Source of the DNA: an uncultured Acidobacteriota bacterium
GTDB taxonomy: Bacteria > Acidobacteriota > Vicinamibacteria > Vicinamibacterales > UBA8438
Assembly (NCBI GenBank): GCA_913043225.1
Contig: CAJWLU010000013.1
Span: 24,051-88,050, forward strand
Direction: 5' to 3'
Length of the DNA stretch: 64,000 bases
Position numbers and translations under genes: made by a program. Of this stretch, positions 19,038-28,798 are shown in pieces. Each line of letters starts with the position of its first letter. Within the stretch, counting starts at the first letter, position 1. The notes beneath the pieces were generated by a model. That model was given only the letters and a program-made list of their open reading frames with translations. It was not told where the DNA came from and made no database searches.

Positions 19038-20501
19038 ATGTCCATTTCCGCTCTCATTCCCAACTGGATCGACGGCGAAGAGCGTCCGGCCCGCGACGGA
19101 CAGACGCTCCCGAAACTGAATCCCGCGACCGGCGTCCCCCTCTGTAGGTTGTCACGCTCAGGAGCTTCCGACGTCGAGGACGCGGTAGGCGCCGCCGGTG
19201 CAGCGCAGGAGGCCTGGGCCGATCTCAGTCCGGTGGCCCGCGGGGACCTACTGCGGGATGCGGCGCTGCTCATGCGAGAGCGGCGGGAGGAGATAGCGGA
19301 GATTGTGTCGCTGGAGACCGGGAAGTCCATGAAGGATGCCCTGGGAGAGACCGGTGCCGCAGTCGAGATGGGACTGTTCGTCGCCGGGGAGGGGCGGCGT
19401 TTCTACGGGCGGACCACGACCAGCGCGATTCCTCATCGAACGGCGCTGGTCTCTCGCCAGCCCATCGGGGTGGCCGGTCTCATCATCGCCGCCAATACTC
19501 CAGTTGCCAATGTCGCGTGGAAAGCGTATCCGGCCCTGCTCTGTGGCAATGCAGTGGTGATGAAGGCGTCGGAGGACACCCCGGCCACGGCATGGTGGGT
19601 TGCGAGGCTGTTTAGCGAGGTCGGCATTCCGCGGGGCGTGTTCAATGTCGTTCAGGGTCTGGGACCGGAGGCTGGAGCGCCCATCGTCGAGCATGAACAG
19701 GTCGATGTCGTGAGCTTCACCGGCTCGTGCGGCGTTGGCCGGCAGATCCAGGCGACCGCCGGTGCGCGACTCGCCAAGGTGTGCTTGGAACTCGGCGGGA
19801 AGAATCCGCTAATCGTCTGTGACGACGCCGACCTCGACCGGGCGGTCGAGGTGGCCGCCCTCTCTGCCTACAGTAACGCCGGTCAGCGATGTGCTAGCGG
19901 CAGTCGACTGATCGTGTTTGACGCGGTGTACGACGAGTTCAAGCAACGGTTGCTCGACCATACCTGTGAACTGACACTGGGCACGGGGAACGATGACGAC
20001 CTGGGTCCCGTCATCAATGCCCGTCAGCTCGAGAACATGGTGGTGGCGGTCGAACGCGCCCGAATCGCCGGGGCGACGGTACTCGCCGGTGGTGGACGGT
20101 CGACCGAGACGGCGCACCAGAACGGTTTCTTCATGCAGCCGACCCTTATCGAAGGCGCCGCTGGCGATGCCGAGATCTCGCAGGCGGAGCTGTTCGGACC
20201 GATCGCCTGCCTGTATCGGGTCTCCGGTTTCGCCGACGCCCTTGCGCTCGCTAACCAGTCGCCGTTCGGGCTGACAGCCGCTATCCACACCCGCAACGTG
20301 CATCGCGCCATGACGTTCCTGGGGCGGATCAAATCGGGAGTTGCATCGATCAACGGACCGACCTACGGAAGCGAGCCGCACATGCCGTTTGGTGGGCTTC
20401 GGCAGTCGGGTACCGGTTGGCGCGAGGCGGGTACAGAGGCGCTCGATGTCTACTCGGACTGGAAGACGATCTACATCCACAACGACCCCAGCGCGGTGTA
20501 G
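19038..20501 (+). CDS. Aldehyde dehydrogenase family
   Basis: FTGS, LELGGKNP, NAGQRCAS, ELFGP, PFGG. Confidence 0.92.
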   Translation: MSISALIPNWIDGEERPARDGQTLPKLNPATGVPLCRLSRSGASDVEDAVGAAGAAQEAWADLSPVARGDLLRDAALLMRERREEIAEIVSLETGKSMKDALGETGAAVEMGLFVAGEGRRFYGRTTTSAIPHRTALVSRQPIGVAGLIIAANTPVANVAWKAYPALLCGNAVVMKASEDTPATAWWVARLFSEVGIPRGVFNVVQGLGPEAGAPIVEHEQVDVVSFTGSCGVGRQIQATAGARLAKVCLELGGKNPLIVCDDADLDRAVEVAALSAYSNAGQRCASGSRLIVFDAVYDEFKQRLLDHTCELTLGTGNDDDLGPVINARQLENMVVAVERARIAGATVLAGGGRSTETAHQNGFFMQPTLIEGAAGDAEISQAELFGPIACLYRVSGFADALALANQSPFGLTAAIHTRNVHRAMTFLGRIKSGVASINGPTYGSEPHMPFGGLRQSGTGWREAGTEALDVYSDWKTIYIHNDPSAV

Positions 20502-20505
20502 TCCT

Positions 20506-21267
20506 GTGTCTGAGCTGTCTCAGCCGTCAGCGGTTGCGTTGATTCCCGCCCGAAGCGGATCGACCCGGGTGCCCGGAAAGAATATCCGTGTGCTCGGGCA
20601 GCATCCGCTGATTGCATACACCGTGGCGGCGGCCCGCGCGAGTGGCGTCTTCGGCGCTGTCGTCGTGTCGACCAACGACAAGTCGATCGCCAACATTGCT
20701 CGCCACTACGGAGCAGAGGTGCCCTTCTTGCGACCAGGGCCGATGGCGGGTGCCACCTCGCCAGACATCGAATGGGTCGAGCACGCCCTCCAGCAGCTGA
20801 CCGACACCGGTCGTGCGTTCGACTGTTTCGCGATCCTTCGCCCGACCAGCCCGTTTCGTACCGGCGAGACGATCGTGCGGGCGTGGGAAACATTCACCGG
20901 CGCTAGTGGCGTCGATTCGCTCCGGGCGGTCGAGCCTGTCAAGCAGCATCCCGGCAAGATGTGGATAATCCGCGCCGATCGCCTCCTGCCCCTCCTCCCG
21001 TTTGGCCCGGCGTCCCAGCCTTGGCACAGTAGTCAGCTGCCATCGCTGCCGGAGGTGTTTGTGCAGAATGCGAGTCTTGAGATCGCCTGGTCCAGGGTCG
21101 TACAGGACGGTCGGACCATTGCCGGTGAGACGCTCGTGCCGTTCTTGACTGACGAACGCGAGGGGTTCGACATTAACGACCGCTGGGACTGGCAATTGGC
21201 CGAGCAGATGGTGGCTCACGAGGGGTGGCAGCTGCCGCCCGTCTCGGAGACGCCCTACAGAGGATGA
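20506..21267 (+). CDS. neuA: CMP-acylneuraminate (ulosonate) cytidylyltransferase
   Basis: IPARSGSTRVPGKNIR, EVPFLRP, LRPTSPFR, FDIND; GTG start inferred at 20506. Confidence 0.9.
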   Translation: MSELSQPSAVALIPARSGSTRVPGKNIRVLGQHPLIAYTVAAARASGVFGAVVVSTNDKSIANIARHYGAEVPFLRPGPMAGATSPDIEWVEHALQQLTDTGRAFDCFAILRPTSPFRTGETIVRAWETFTGASGVDSLRAVEPVKQHPGKMWIIRADRLLPLLPFGPASQPWHSSQLPSLPEVFVQNASLEIAWSRVVQDGRTIAGETLVPFLTDEREGFDINDRWDWQLAEQMVAHEGWQLPPVSETPYRG

Positions 21268-21273
21268 AGCGTC

Positions 21274-23205
21274 ATGGGTGAGTCACAGCTCGAGCAGGTC
21301 GGTTCAGACGAGCTGTTCTACGTGCCGGCGTCGGCGTTCACCGCCTTGGCGGCGTCGGAGCTTTCCCGGGAAGACCGGGCGTTGGTCTTTGCGGCCTACG
21401 TCCGGATCAATGTGCTCTACAGCATCGCGCGCGCCTGGTCCGGGCATCCCGGCACCTGTCTCAGCTCCGTCGATCTAATGACCTGGCTGTTTCTCCACCG
21501 GATGGAGGGCCTCGGGCAAGGCGACGACGGCTGTGACCTTTTCTTCTCGTCGAAGGGGCACGATGCGCCAGCGCTCTATGCGGTGCTGGCAGGACTCGGA
21601 CTGCTCGATTTCGATCTGCTGCATCGGCTGCGACGGGTCGATGGACTGGCCGGGCACCCGCATGTCGAGACGCCGTTCATCCAGGCCAATACCGGTTCAC
21701 TCGGGATGGGGATCTCCAAAGCTAAGGGCATGGCGATCGCCAACCGTCTCGCTGGGAAGCGTCGCCGGATCTATGTCTTGACGGGAGATGGGGAACTCCA
21801 GGAGGGCCAGATCTGGGAGTCACTCGGCTCGGCCGTCGAGGGGAAACTGGACGAGATCACGGTCATCGTCGACCACAACAAGATCCAGTCCGACACCTGG
21901 GTGGAGGAAGTTGCTCCGCTGGGAGATCTTGAGACGAAGTTCGCCGCGTTCGGATGGCGGGTCGAGCGATGTGACGGCCATGATTTCACCGCGATTGACG
22001 AGGCGCTCGAACGGCTCGATGCGGTCGCTGGGATTCCCAAGGTCCTGATAGCCGACACGGTCAAGGGGAAGGGGATCTCGTTCATGGAAGGCCCGACGGC
22101 GTTGGCGGCCGACGACCTATATCTCTTCCATAGCGGCGCCCCCAACGAGGCGCAGTACGAGCGCGGTTCGGCCGAATTGTTCGAGGCGGCACGCTCGGTG
22201 CTGACCCGCACGTCGCTGGGTGAGTTGCCGCTCGACACGGGGCGGCGACCGCCGAGAAAGCCGGTACTTGCTGTCGAACGTCTCGTCGACGCCTACTCGC
22301 GCGCGTTGGTGGCACAGGCTGAGAAGCGACCGGAGATCGTGGTTCTCGATGCCGACCTGGTGAAGGACTGTGGACTCCTCGAGTTCAGGAAGCGCTATCC
22401 CGACCGTTTCCTGGAGTGCGGAATCGCCGAGCAGGACATGGTGTCGCAGGCCGGGGGACTGGCGCGTCGCGGGCTGATCCCGGTCGCGCATTCCTTCGCT
22501 TGTTTCCTGTCGACCCGTCCTAACGAGCAGATCTACAACAACGCCAGCGAGGGCACGAAAGTCATCTACGTCGGGTCGCTGACCGGCTTGCTGCCCGGCG
22601 GACCGGGCCATTCCCACCAGTCTGTTCGCGACATCTCCGCGCTGGCTGCGATCCCGAACCTCGTCCTGCTCGAGCCGACCTCCGAGTCCGAGGTGGAGGC
22701 AGTGCTGGCCTTCTGTCTCGATGACACCGACGAGAGCAGCTATATCCGGCTGGTCTCGCTTGGCTGGCCGTTGCCCTTTGCGATGCCAACGGTCGAGCGG
22801 CTTACTTCCGGCCAGGGCACTCAGGTCCGACCAGGTACCGACGTGCTCATGATCGGCGCGGGCCCGTGGCTCCTCTCCAACGCCTGGCATGCCGCCGAGA
22901 CCCTCGAGAAGGCCCATGGGGTCGGTGTCGGCGTGGTCGCGCTCCCGTTCCTGAATCGCGTCGACCAGGTGTGGTTGGGTGACCTGGTGTCCGGTGCCCG
23001 GCGGGTGATCACCCTCGACAACCACTATGTTGATGGAGGCCAGGGGCAGATGCTGGCCAGCGCCCTGGCCGAACTTGGGGCGTCGGTGCCCGTGACTAGA
23101 GTCGGTGTCGATGCTCTTCCGGTGTGCGGTACCAACGACGAAGTGCTGGCGCATCATCGCCTCGATGTGGAGGGGCTGGTCGAGCGGGTACAGCAGCTGC
23201 TGTAA
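21274..23205 (+). CDS. Transketolase-like TPP enzyme (N- and C-terminal modules in one polypeptide)
   Basis: SGHPG, SKGH, TGSLGMG, GDGELQEGQIWE, GIAEQDMV, GPGHSHQ. Confidence 0.88.
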   Translation: MGESQLEQVGSDELFYVPASAFTALAASELSREDRALVFAAYVRINVLYSIARAWSGHPGTCLSSVDLMTWLFLHRMEGLGQGDDGCDLFFSSKGHDAPALYAVLAGLGLLDFDLLHRLRRVDGLAGHPHVETPFIQANTGSLGMGISKAKGMAIANRLAGKRRRIYVLTGDGELQEGQIWESLGSAVEGKLDEITVIVDHNKIQSDTWVEEVAPLGDLETKFAAFGWRVERCDGHDFTAIDEALERLDAVAGIPKVLIADTVKGKGISFMEGPTALAADDLYLFHSGAPNEAQYERGSAELFEAARSVLTRTSLGELPLDTGRRPPRKPVLAVERLVDAYSRALVAQAEKRPEIVVLDADLVKDCGLLEFRKRYPDRFLECGIAEQDMVSQAGGLARRGLIPVAHSFACFLSTRPNEQIYNNASEGTKVIYVGSLTGLLPGGPGHSHQSVRDISALAAIPNLVLLEPTSESEVEAVLAFCLDDTDESSYIRLVSLGWPLPFAMPTVERLTSGQGTQVRPGTDVLMIGAGPWLLSNAWHAAETLEKAHGVGVGVVALPFLNRVDQVWLGDLVSGARRVITLDNHYVDGGQGQMLASALAELGASVPVTRVGVDALPVCGTNDEVLAHHRLDVEGLVERVQQLL

Positions 23206-23241
23206 ACCGGTGGCCAGGTCATCTCTCGGGCGGGCGACCGA

Positions 23242-24390
23242 GTGACCCGAGTCAGACTGTTCAGTATCATCGCGGCATCGGGAGCCGGCGGCGCCGAGCA
23301 GGTGTTCGCGACCCTGCTACAAGGGTTGGACCCGGCACGATACGAGGTGGTCGTGGCTTGTCACGGGCAAGGCAGCATGACCGCCACCTACGCCCGCCAT
23401 GCCGTTCAGGTGACCAATCTGGATCTGGTCCGCCTGCGGCCCCACACTGTCAGACACCTGGCCGCATTGATGCGCGACGCCCGATGCGATCTGGTACACA
23501 CCCACCTCTGGACCGCCGATGTCCTCGGCGGATTGGCCGCGCATCTTGCTGGGGTCGGCGCCTGGGTGAGTAGCGTCGCCGGCGCTTACTTTCTGCCGTT
23601 CGATGTGACCGGCGCGCGTCGCGTTCGACGCCTCGCGATGTCGCGCCTGTATCGCTCCATCTATCGCGGATGTGACCGGGTCATCGCCCCGTCTCACTAC
23701 GTGGCCAACGATCTACGGACCCGGCCGGGAATCGGGGTGCCGGAGGGACGCATTGAGGTCATCGAGAACGGGGTTGATATGGACGGCCTCGAACGCGTCG
23801 CGCACCGGGGCGTGTCGGGCTCAGGGGATCGTTGGGGGGCTGGTGCTCCGCGGGTGGCCGTGGTCGCGAACTTCTTCCCGATCAAGGGGCATCGGTATCT
23901 GCTCGAGGCGGTGCCTGCTGTGCTTCAGAGCTTTCCTGACGCTAGTTTCGTCTTGGCCGGCGATGGACCGACGCGGCCGGAGATGCTAAGACGGGCGAGG
24001 GAACTGCGGGTCGACGCTCGGGTCACCTTCCCTGGCGAGATTTCGGATGCGCTCGACCTGATGCGGGCGAGTGACCTCGTCGTCCTCCCATCGCTATCCG
24101 AGGGGCTCCCGATCACGCTCGTCGAAGCGATGGCGTTGGGGCGCCCCGTAGTGGCTACCCGAGTGGGCGGGATCCCTGAGGTGGCGGACGATGGTGTGAC
24201 CGCGACGCTTGTGCCGCCTCACAACGCCTCGGCGCTCGCGTCGGCCATGGTAGGCGTGCTTGGTGATACAGAGCTGGCCGAGCGGTTGGCGCGCGCTGGT
24301 CGGGCGCGCGCACGTAAACATTTCTCAGCCTCCAGGATGGTGCAACGCACGGACGCTGTCTATCAGGGGCTGGTCGGTGGCACCACTTGA
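23242..24390 (+). CDS. GT4 glycosyltransferase
   Basis: GGAEQ, KGH, PSLSEGLPITLVEAMALG. Confidence 0.9.
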   Translation: MTRVRLFSIIAASGAGGAEQVFATLLQGLDPARYEVVVACHGQGSMTATYARHAVQVTNLDLVRLRPHTVRHLAALMRDARCDLVHTHLWTADVLGGLAAHLAGVGAWVSSVAGAYFLPFDVTGARRVRRLAMSRLYRSIYRGCDRVIAPSHYVANDLRTRPGIGVPEGRIEVIENGVDMDGLERVAHRGVSGSGDRWGAGAPRVAVVANFFPIKGHRYLLEAVPAVLQSFPDASFVLAGDGPTRPEMLRRARELRVDARVTFPGEISDALDLMRASDLVVLPSLSEGLPITLVEAMALGRPVVATRVGGIPEVADDGVTATLVPPHNASALASAMVGVLGDTELAERLARAGRARARKHFSASRMVQRTDAVYQGLVGGTT

Positions 24391-25568
24391 TGCTGACCGG
24401 TCGCACCATCGTTTGCCTGTCGTCCATCGACTGGGACTTTCTATGGCAGGCGCATCAGCAGGTCATGGCCTCGCTGGCCGCGGCGGGCAACCGGGTGCTC
24501 TTCGTCGAGTCGACTGGGGTACGAGCACCGACGCTGCGCGATCTCCCACGGTTGTGGCGGCGTCTTCAGGGCGGTGGACGCGGTCATGGCCGGCGACGTC
24601 CTCCGGACGCGGTCAGCGTGTACTCACCCGTGCTCCTGCCGTTTCCCTACGCCGCCTGGGCTCGCGCCGTGAACCTGCCCCTGCTTGAGCGGGCGGTGCG
24701 GCAGCGGATTGCAGCCTGGGGCGACCCGGCCCCAATTGTCTGGAGCTTCCTTCCGACCCCACTTAGCCGCGCCTTGGGGGAACGGCTGTCCCCAGCACTG
24801 TCGATCTTTCATTGTGTTGACCATCTGTCCTCGAGTTCGCCAGCAGCCGCGCGATTGCGGCAGAGCGAAGTCGAGAGCTTTGCTCGCGCCGACGTGGTGT
24901 TTGTGACCTCCCATGCCCTTCGCGATTTGGCGCGGGTCCACAATTCGGAGGTCCATTTGGTGCCGTCGGGCGTCGACCTGGGCCGCTTCGAGGCCGTGGA
25001 CCCTACGGCGCCGCTCCCTGAGGATCTGCGGGACATCGCGCGCCCGGTCATCGGATATCTCGGCGGCGTGCACCAGTGGCTCGACCAATCTCTGCTCGCC
25101 ACCCTGGCCGAGCGGCGACGAGATTGGAGCTTCGTGCTCGTCGGGCCTCGTCAGACCGACGTAAGCCAGCTGGAGCGACAGCCCAACGTCCACCTGCTGG
25201 GTACCCGTGGGCCAGACACCGTCCCCGACTATCTCCGTGGCTTCGACGTGGCGACGGTGCCCTATCGTCTGGCCGAGTACACCCACCACGTCTATCCGGT
25301 AAAGCTGAACGAGTATCTCGCCATGGGCCTGCCGGTGGTGTCGAGCCCGCTGGCTGAAGTGGAGCACTTCAACCGACGTCACGACAGCGTGGTGGCGGTC
25401 GCTGGTACGCCCGAGGCGTTCGAGGCGGAGATTGCCTCGGCACTCGACGCGTCATCTACGGCGGTGGCTGACGCCCGTCGGGCGGTCGCCCGCGCCAATA
25501 GCTGGCCGGTTCGTCTAGACGTCATGAGCGGCGTCATCGAGGATGCCCTGGCCGCTCGGGTGGGCTAG
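24390..25568 (+). CDS. GT4-like glycosyltransferase (TuaH-like)
   Basis: SSIDWDFLWQ, RPVIGYLG, YPVKLNEYLAMGLPVV. Confidence 0.85.
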   Translation: MLTGRTIVCLSSIDWDFLWQAHQQVMASLAAAGNRVLFVESTGVRAPTLRDLPRLWRRLQGGGRGHGRRRPPDAVSVYSPVLLPFPYAAWARAVNLPLLERAVRQRIAAWGDPAPIVWSFLPTPLSRALGERLSPALSIFHCVDHLSSSSPAAARLRQSEVESFARADVVFVTSHALRDLARVHNSEVHLVPSGVDLGRFEAVDPTAPLPEDLRDIARPVIGYLGGVHQWLDQSLLATLAERRRDWSFVLVGPRQTDVSQLERQPNVHLLGTRGPDTVPDYLRGFDVATVPYRLAEYTHHVYPVKLNEYLAMGLPVVSSPLAEVEHFNRRHDSVVAVAGTPEAFEAEIASALDASSTAVADARRAVARANSWPVRLDVMSGVIEDALAARVG

Positions 25569-25582
25569 GCGAACGACAAACC

Positions 25583-27511
25583 ATGTGCGGGATTGCCGGC
25601 ACACTTGACATGAAGCTGGGAGCGACCACTGATCCGCGGGTCGTGGAGCGAATGACCGAGACGCTCCGTCATCGAGGACCAGACGACGGAGGAACCTGGA
25701 CGGATGGTGGGGTAGGGCTGGGGAGTCGCCGGCTGGCGGTTATCGACCTGTCGCCCCGCGCTCGTCAGCCCATCGCCAACGAAGATGGCCAGGTCCGGGT
25801 CGTGTTCAACGGCGAGCTCTACAACTTCCTCGAGCTACGTACCGAGCTTGAGTCCAAAGGGCATCGGTTCCGTTCTGGTACCGACACCGAGGTCATTGTG
25901 CACCTCTATGAAGAGGAGGGCGTGGCCTGCGTGCGGCGGCTAGACGGCATGTTCGCGTTCGCGCTCTGGGACGCTAGGGCTCGACAGCTGCTTTTGGCCC
26001 GTGACCGTCTCGGGCAGAAGCCGCTGTGCTACTACGAGGCTGGCCCGTTGCTGGTGTTCGGGTCTGAGCCGAAGGCGGTGCTGGCCGACCCACGAGTGCC
26101 GGCCGAGCCCGACCTCGAGGCGCTCGACCATTTCTTGACCTACGGGTATGTGCCGGCGCCGTGGAGCGCCTTCCGGCATCTGCGCAAGCTGCCTCCCGCA
26201 CACTACCTCGTTGCCCGAGATGGTCGCACGGCCATCCACCGGTACTGGTCCCTGCCTTACCTACCGAAGTACACCGGGGCCAGGGAGGAACTGGTCGAGG
26301 AGCTCGACGCGCTGTTGGATCGGGCGGTCCGCCGACGGCTGGTCTCGGACGTGCCCCTGGGCGCGATGCTCAGTGGAGGGTTGGACTCGAGCGCCGTGGT
26401 GGCGCTCATGCGGCGTTCGGTTACCGGGCCGCTCAGAACTTTCTCGATCGGGTTCGAGGCGCCCGAGTACGACGAGCGCTCCTCCGCCCGAGCGGTTGCC
26501 CGGCGGTTCGACACAGAGCATCACGAGCTGGTCGTTCGTCCTGACGCTGCGGCCTTGTTATCCCGTCTCGCCTATCACTACAACGAACCGTTCGCCGATT
26601 CCTCGGCCTTGCCCACCTGGTGCCTGAGCGAGCTGACTCGCCGGTCGGTGACGGTGGCGCTCAGTGGCGACGGCGGTGACGAGTCGTTCCTTGGCTACGA
26701 CCGGTACGCCGGAGCGCAGCTGGCCGCCCATCTGGATCGGGTGCCGGCGTTCGGACGTCGGGCACTCGCCGCCCTGGCCCGTCAGCTTCCTGCGGGAGGA
26801 GCCAAGAGCATGTGGTCGCAGCTCCGGCGCTTTGGCGGTGGACTTGCCGAGCCACCACCACGCAGATACGGGCGCTGGCTGGCGATGACGCTGGACCACC
26901 AGAAGCGGGCGCTCTGCACCCCGGAGTTCCGAGCGCTGTCTGGGGCTCCAGACTCACTCGGACTGCTCGAGGCGCACTGGCGTGGGGCGGAGGCCGCTGG
27001 CGTTGAGCGGTTGGTTGCCACCGACATCCAGATGTATCTGCCGGATGACCTGCTGGTGAAGATGGACATCGCGTCGATGGCGCATTCGCTGGAAGTACGG
27101 TCTCCGTTTCTCGACCACCACGTCGTCGAGTTCGCGGCGCGAGTGCCAGCTAGCTTCAAGCTACAACGCGGCCGTACCAAACCCTTGCTGGCGGATGTGG
27201 TTGCCCCGTCACTTCCACCGTCGGTGCTACGCCGACGCAAGATGGGGTTCGGGGTGCCGATCGAGCACTGGCTGCGCGGCGACCTCCGTGAGCTGGCCCA
27301 CGATCTGCTGCTGTCGTCCCGCGCCCTCGGTCGGGGCTATTTCGTGCGGGGGACGCTGGAGCGGTATCTGTCCGAGCATGAGCGTGGCGAGGCACAGCAT
27401 CATATGCGGGTGTGGGGGTTGATGATGCTGGAACAGTGGCATCGCACCTTCATCGACCGGCGGCCCGATGGCACCGCCTCTCCGGCCTCCATGACGAGCG
27501 GTTCGGTATGA
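25583..27511 (+). CDS. asnB: Asparagine synthase family glutamine amidotransferase (probably glycan-amidating)
   Basis: N-terminal MCGIAG, HRGPD, FNGELYN, LSGGLDSS, SGDGGDE, KMGFGVP. Confidence 0.92.
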   Translation: MCGIAGTLDMKLGATTDPRVVERMTETLRHRGPDDGGTWTDGGVGLGSRRLAVIDLSPRARQPIANEDGQVRVVFNGELYNFLELRTELESKGHRFRSGTDTEVIVHLYEEEGVACVRRLDGMFAFALWDARARQLLLARDRLGQKPLCYYEAGPLLVFGSEPKAVLADPRVPAEPDLEALDHFLTYGYVPAPWSAFRHLRKLPPAHYLVARDGRTAIHRYWSLPYLPKYTGAREELVEELDALLDRAVRRRLVSDVPLGAMLSGGLDSSAVVALMRRSVTGPLRTFSIGFEAPEYDERSSARAVARRFDTEHHELVVRPDAAALLSRLAYHYNEPFADSSALPTWCLSELTRRSVTVALSGDGGDESFLGYDRYAGAQLAAHLDRVPAFGRRALAALARQLPAGGAKSMWSQLRRFGGGLAEPPPRRYGRWLAMTLDHQKRALCTPEFRALSGAPDSLGLLEAHWRGAEAAGVERLVATDIQMYLPDDLLVKMDIASMAHSLEVRSPFLDHHVVEFAARVPASFKLQRGRTKPLLADVVAPSLPPSVLRRRKMGFGVPIEHWLRGDLRELAHDLLLSSRALGRGYFVRGTLERYLSEHERGEAQHHMRVWGLMMLEQWHRTFIDRRPDGTASPASMTSGSV

Positions 27512-28746
27512 GCCAGACTTCCGTGCCTCCGTCCGAGCCCGTTCGCGTGCTCCGAGTCATTGCTCGCCTGAACGTGGGTGGGCCGGCGCTCCACGTGTCA
27601 TTGCTGAATTCCGGCATGCACGCCGAGCGGTTCCGGTCCTGGCTGGTGACCGGCACCGAGAATCCTGGGGAAGGGTCGCTCCGGAGCTACGCGGAGGCGA
27701 GGGGGATCGAGCCGATCGTCATTCCCGAGATGCTTGGGCAGGCTACCCTCGCTCCGCGTGACGCGATCGCGCTGGCGAAGATGATCCGGTTAGTGCGGTT
27801 GGTCCGACCCCACGTCGTGCATACCCACACCGCCAAGGCCGGCTTTCTGGGGCGGGTTGCCGCCCGAGCGGCCGGGGTGCCGGTGGTGCTGCACACCTAC
27901 CATGGGCACGTGCTCAGCGGGTACTACGGCCGGCTGCGTACCACGGGCCTGCGTATGATGGAGCGCGGGCTGGCGCAAATTACCGACCGGTTGATTACTG
28001 TCAGCGACCGGGTCCGCGACGATCTCGTCGAGTTTGGCGTCGCGCCGGTAGAGCGATTCACGGTGGTGCCACTCGGTCTAGATCTGGCGCCGATGTTCGC
28101 CTCGGCGGCTCACCGCGGTGTACTCCGCCGGGAGCTGGGGGTACCCGATCGCGTGCCCGTGATCGGCATCATCGGTCGTCTTTTTCCGGTCAAGAACCAC
28201 CGGTTGTTCCTCGATGCGGCCGCCCGCGTGGCTGAGCGTCATCCAGAGGCTCGTTTCCTCGTGGTCGGTGACGGTCCCTTGCGGACCGATCTTGAGCAGC
28301 ACGCCCGCAAGATCGGTCTCGCAGATCGCGTTATCTTCACCGGTTGGCGCCACGATCTCCCGGTGATCTACGAGGGGCTCGACCTGCTGGTGGTGTCGTC
28401 GGTGAACGAAGGGACGCCGGTGTCGGCGATCGAGGCCATGGCGGCTGGATGCCCTGTAGTCGCCACGCGAGTCGGCGGACTGCCTGATCTGGTTGACGAC
28501 GGTCGGACTGGTCAGCTGGTGCCGCCTGGTGACGCTGAGGTGCTGGCCCACGCGATCTCGACGCTCGTCGCCGACCGCACACAGGCCGCAAGGCTCGCGG
28601 ACGCTGCGCGGGTCGAGGTCGAGCGACGGTTTCTCGCTTCGCGTCTGGTTGATGACGTCGAGCGGTTGTATCTCCGGCTGCTCGCCGCCAAAGGGATCAC
28701 TGCGGGAGTACGTAACGAGGCGTCCGCGGAAGAGCCGGTGTCATGA
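27508..28746 (+). CDS. GT4 glycosyltransferase
   Basis: IARLNVGGPA, HTHTAKAG, NEGTPVSAIEAMAAG; ATGA overlap with asnB. Confidence 0.9.
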   Translation: MSQTSVPPSEPVRVLRVIARLNVGGPALHVSLLNSGMHAERFRSWLVTGTENPGEGSLRSYAEARGIEPIVIPEMLGQATLAPRDAIALAKMIRLVRLVRPHVVHTHTAKAGFLGRVAARAAGVPVVLHTYHGHVLSGYYGRLRTTGLRMMERGLAQITDRLITVSDRVRDDLVEFGVAPVERFTVVPLGLDLAPMFASAAHRGVLRRELGVPDRVPVIGIIGRLFPVKNHRLFLDAAARVAERHPEARFLVVGDGPLRTDLEQHARKIGLADRVIFTGWRHDLPVIYEGLDLLVVSSVNEGTPVSAIEAMAAGCPVVATRVGGLPDLVDDGRTGQLVPPGDAEVLAHAISTLVADRTQAARLADAARVEVERRFLASRLVDDVERLYLRLLAAKGITAGVRNEASAEEPVS

Positions 28747-28798
28747 TGCCCAAGCCGCTCGCGCAGGAGCGACGGCCGAGATGGGTGGGAGGATACGG

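Noticed and set aside
17140..21267. Calling the pathway ordinary Neu5Ac, legionaminic or pseudaminic acid synthesis
   Set aside because: The required epimerase, dehydratase, aminotransferase and acetyltransferase genes are absent from the window; they could lie outside it, so the product is left unassigned.
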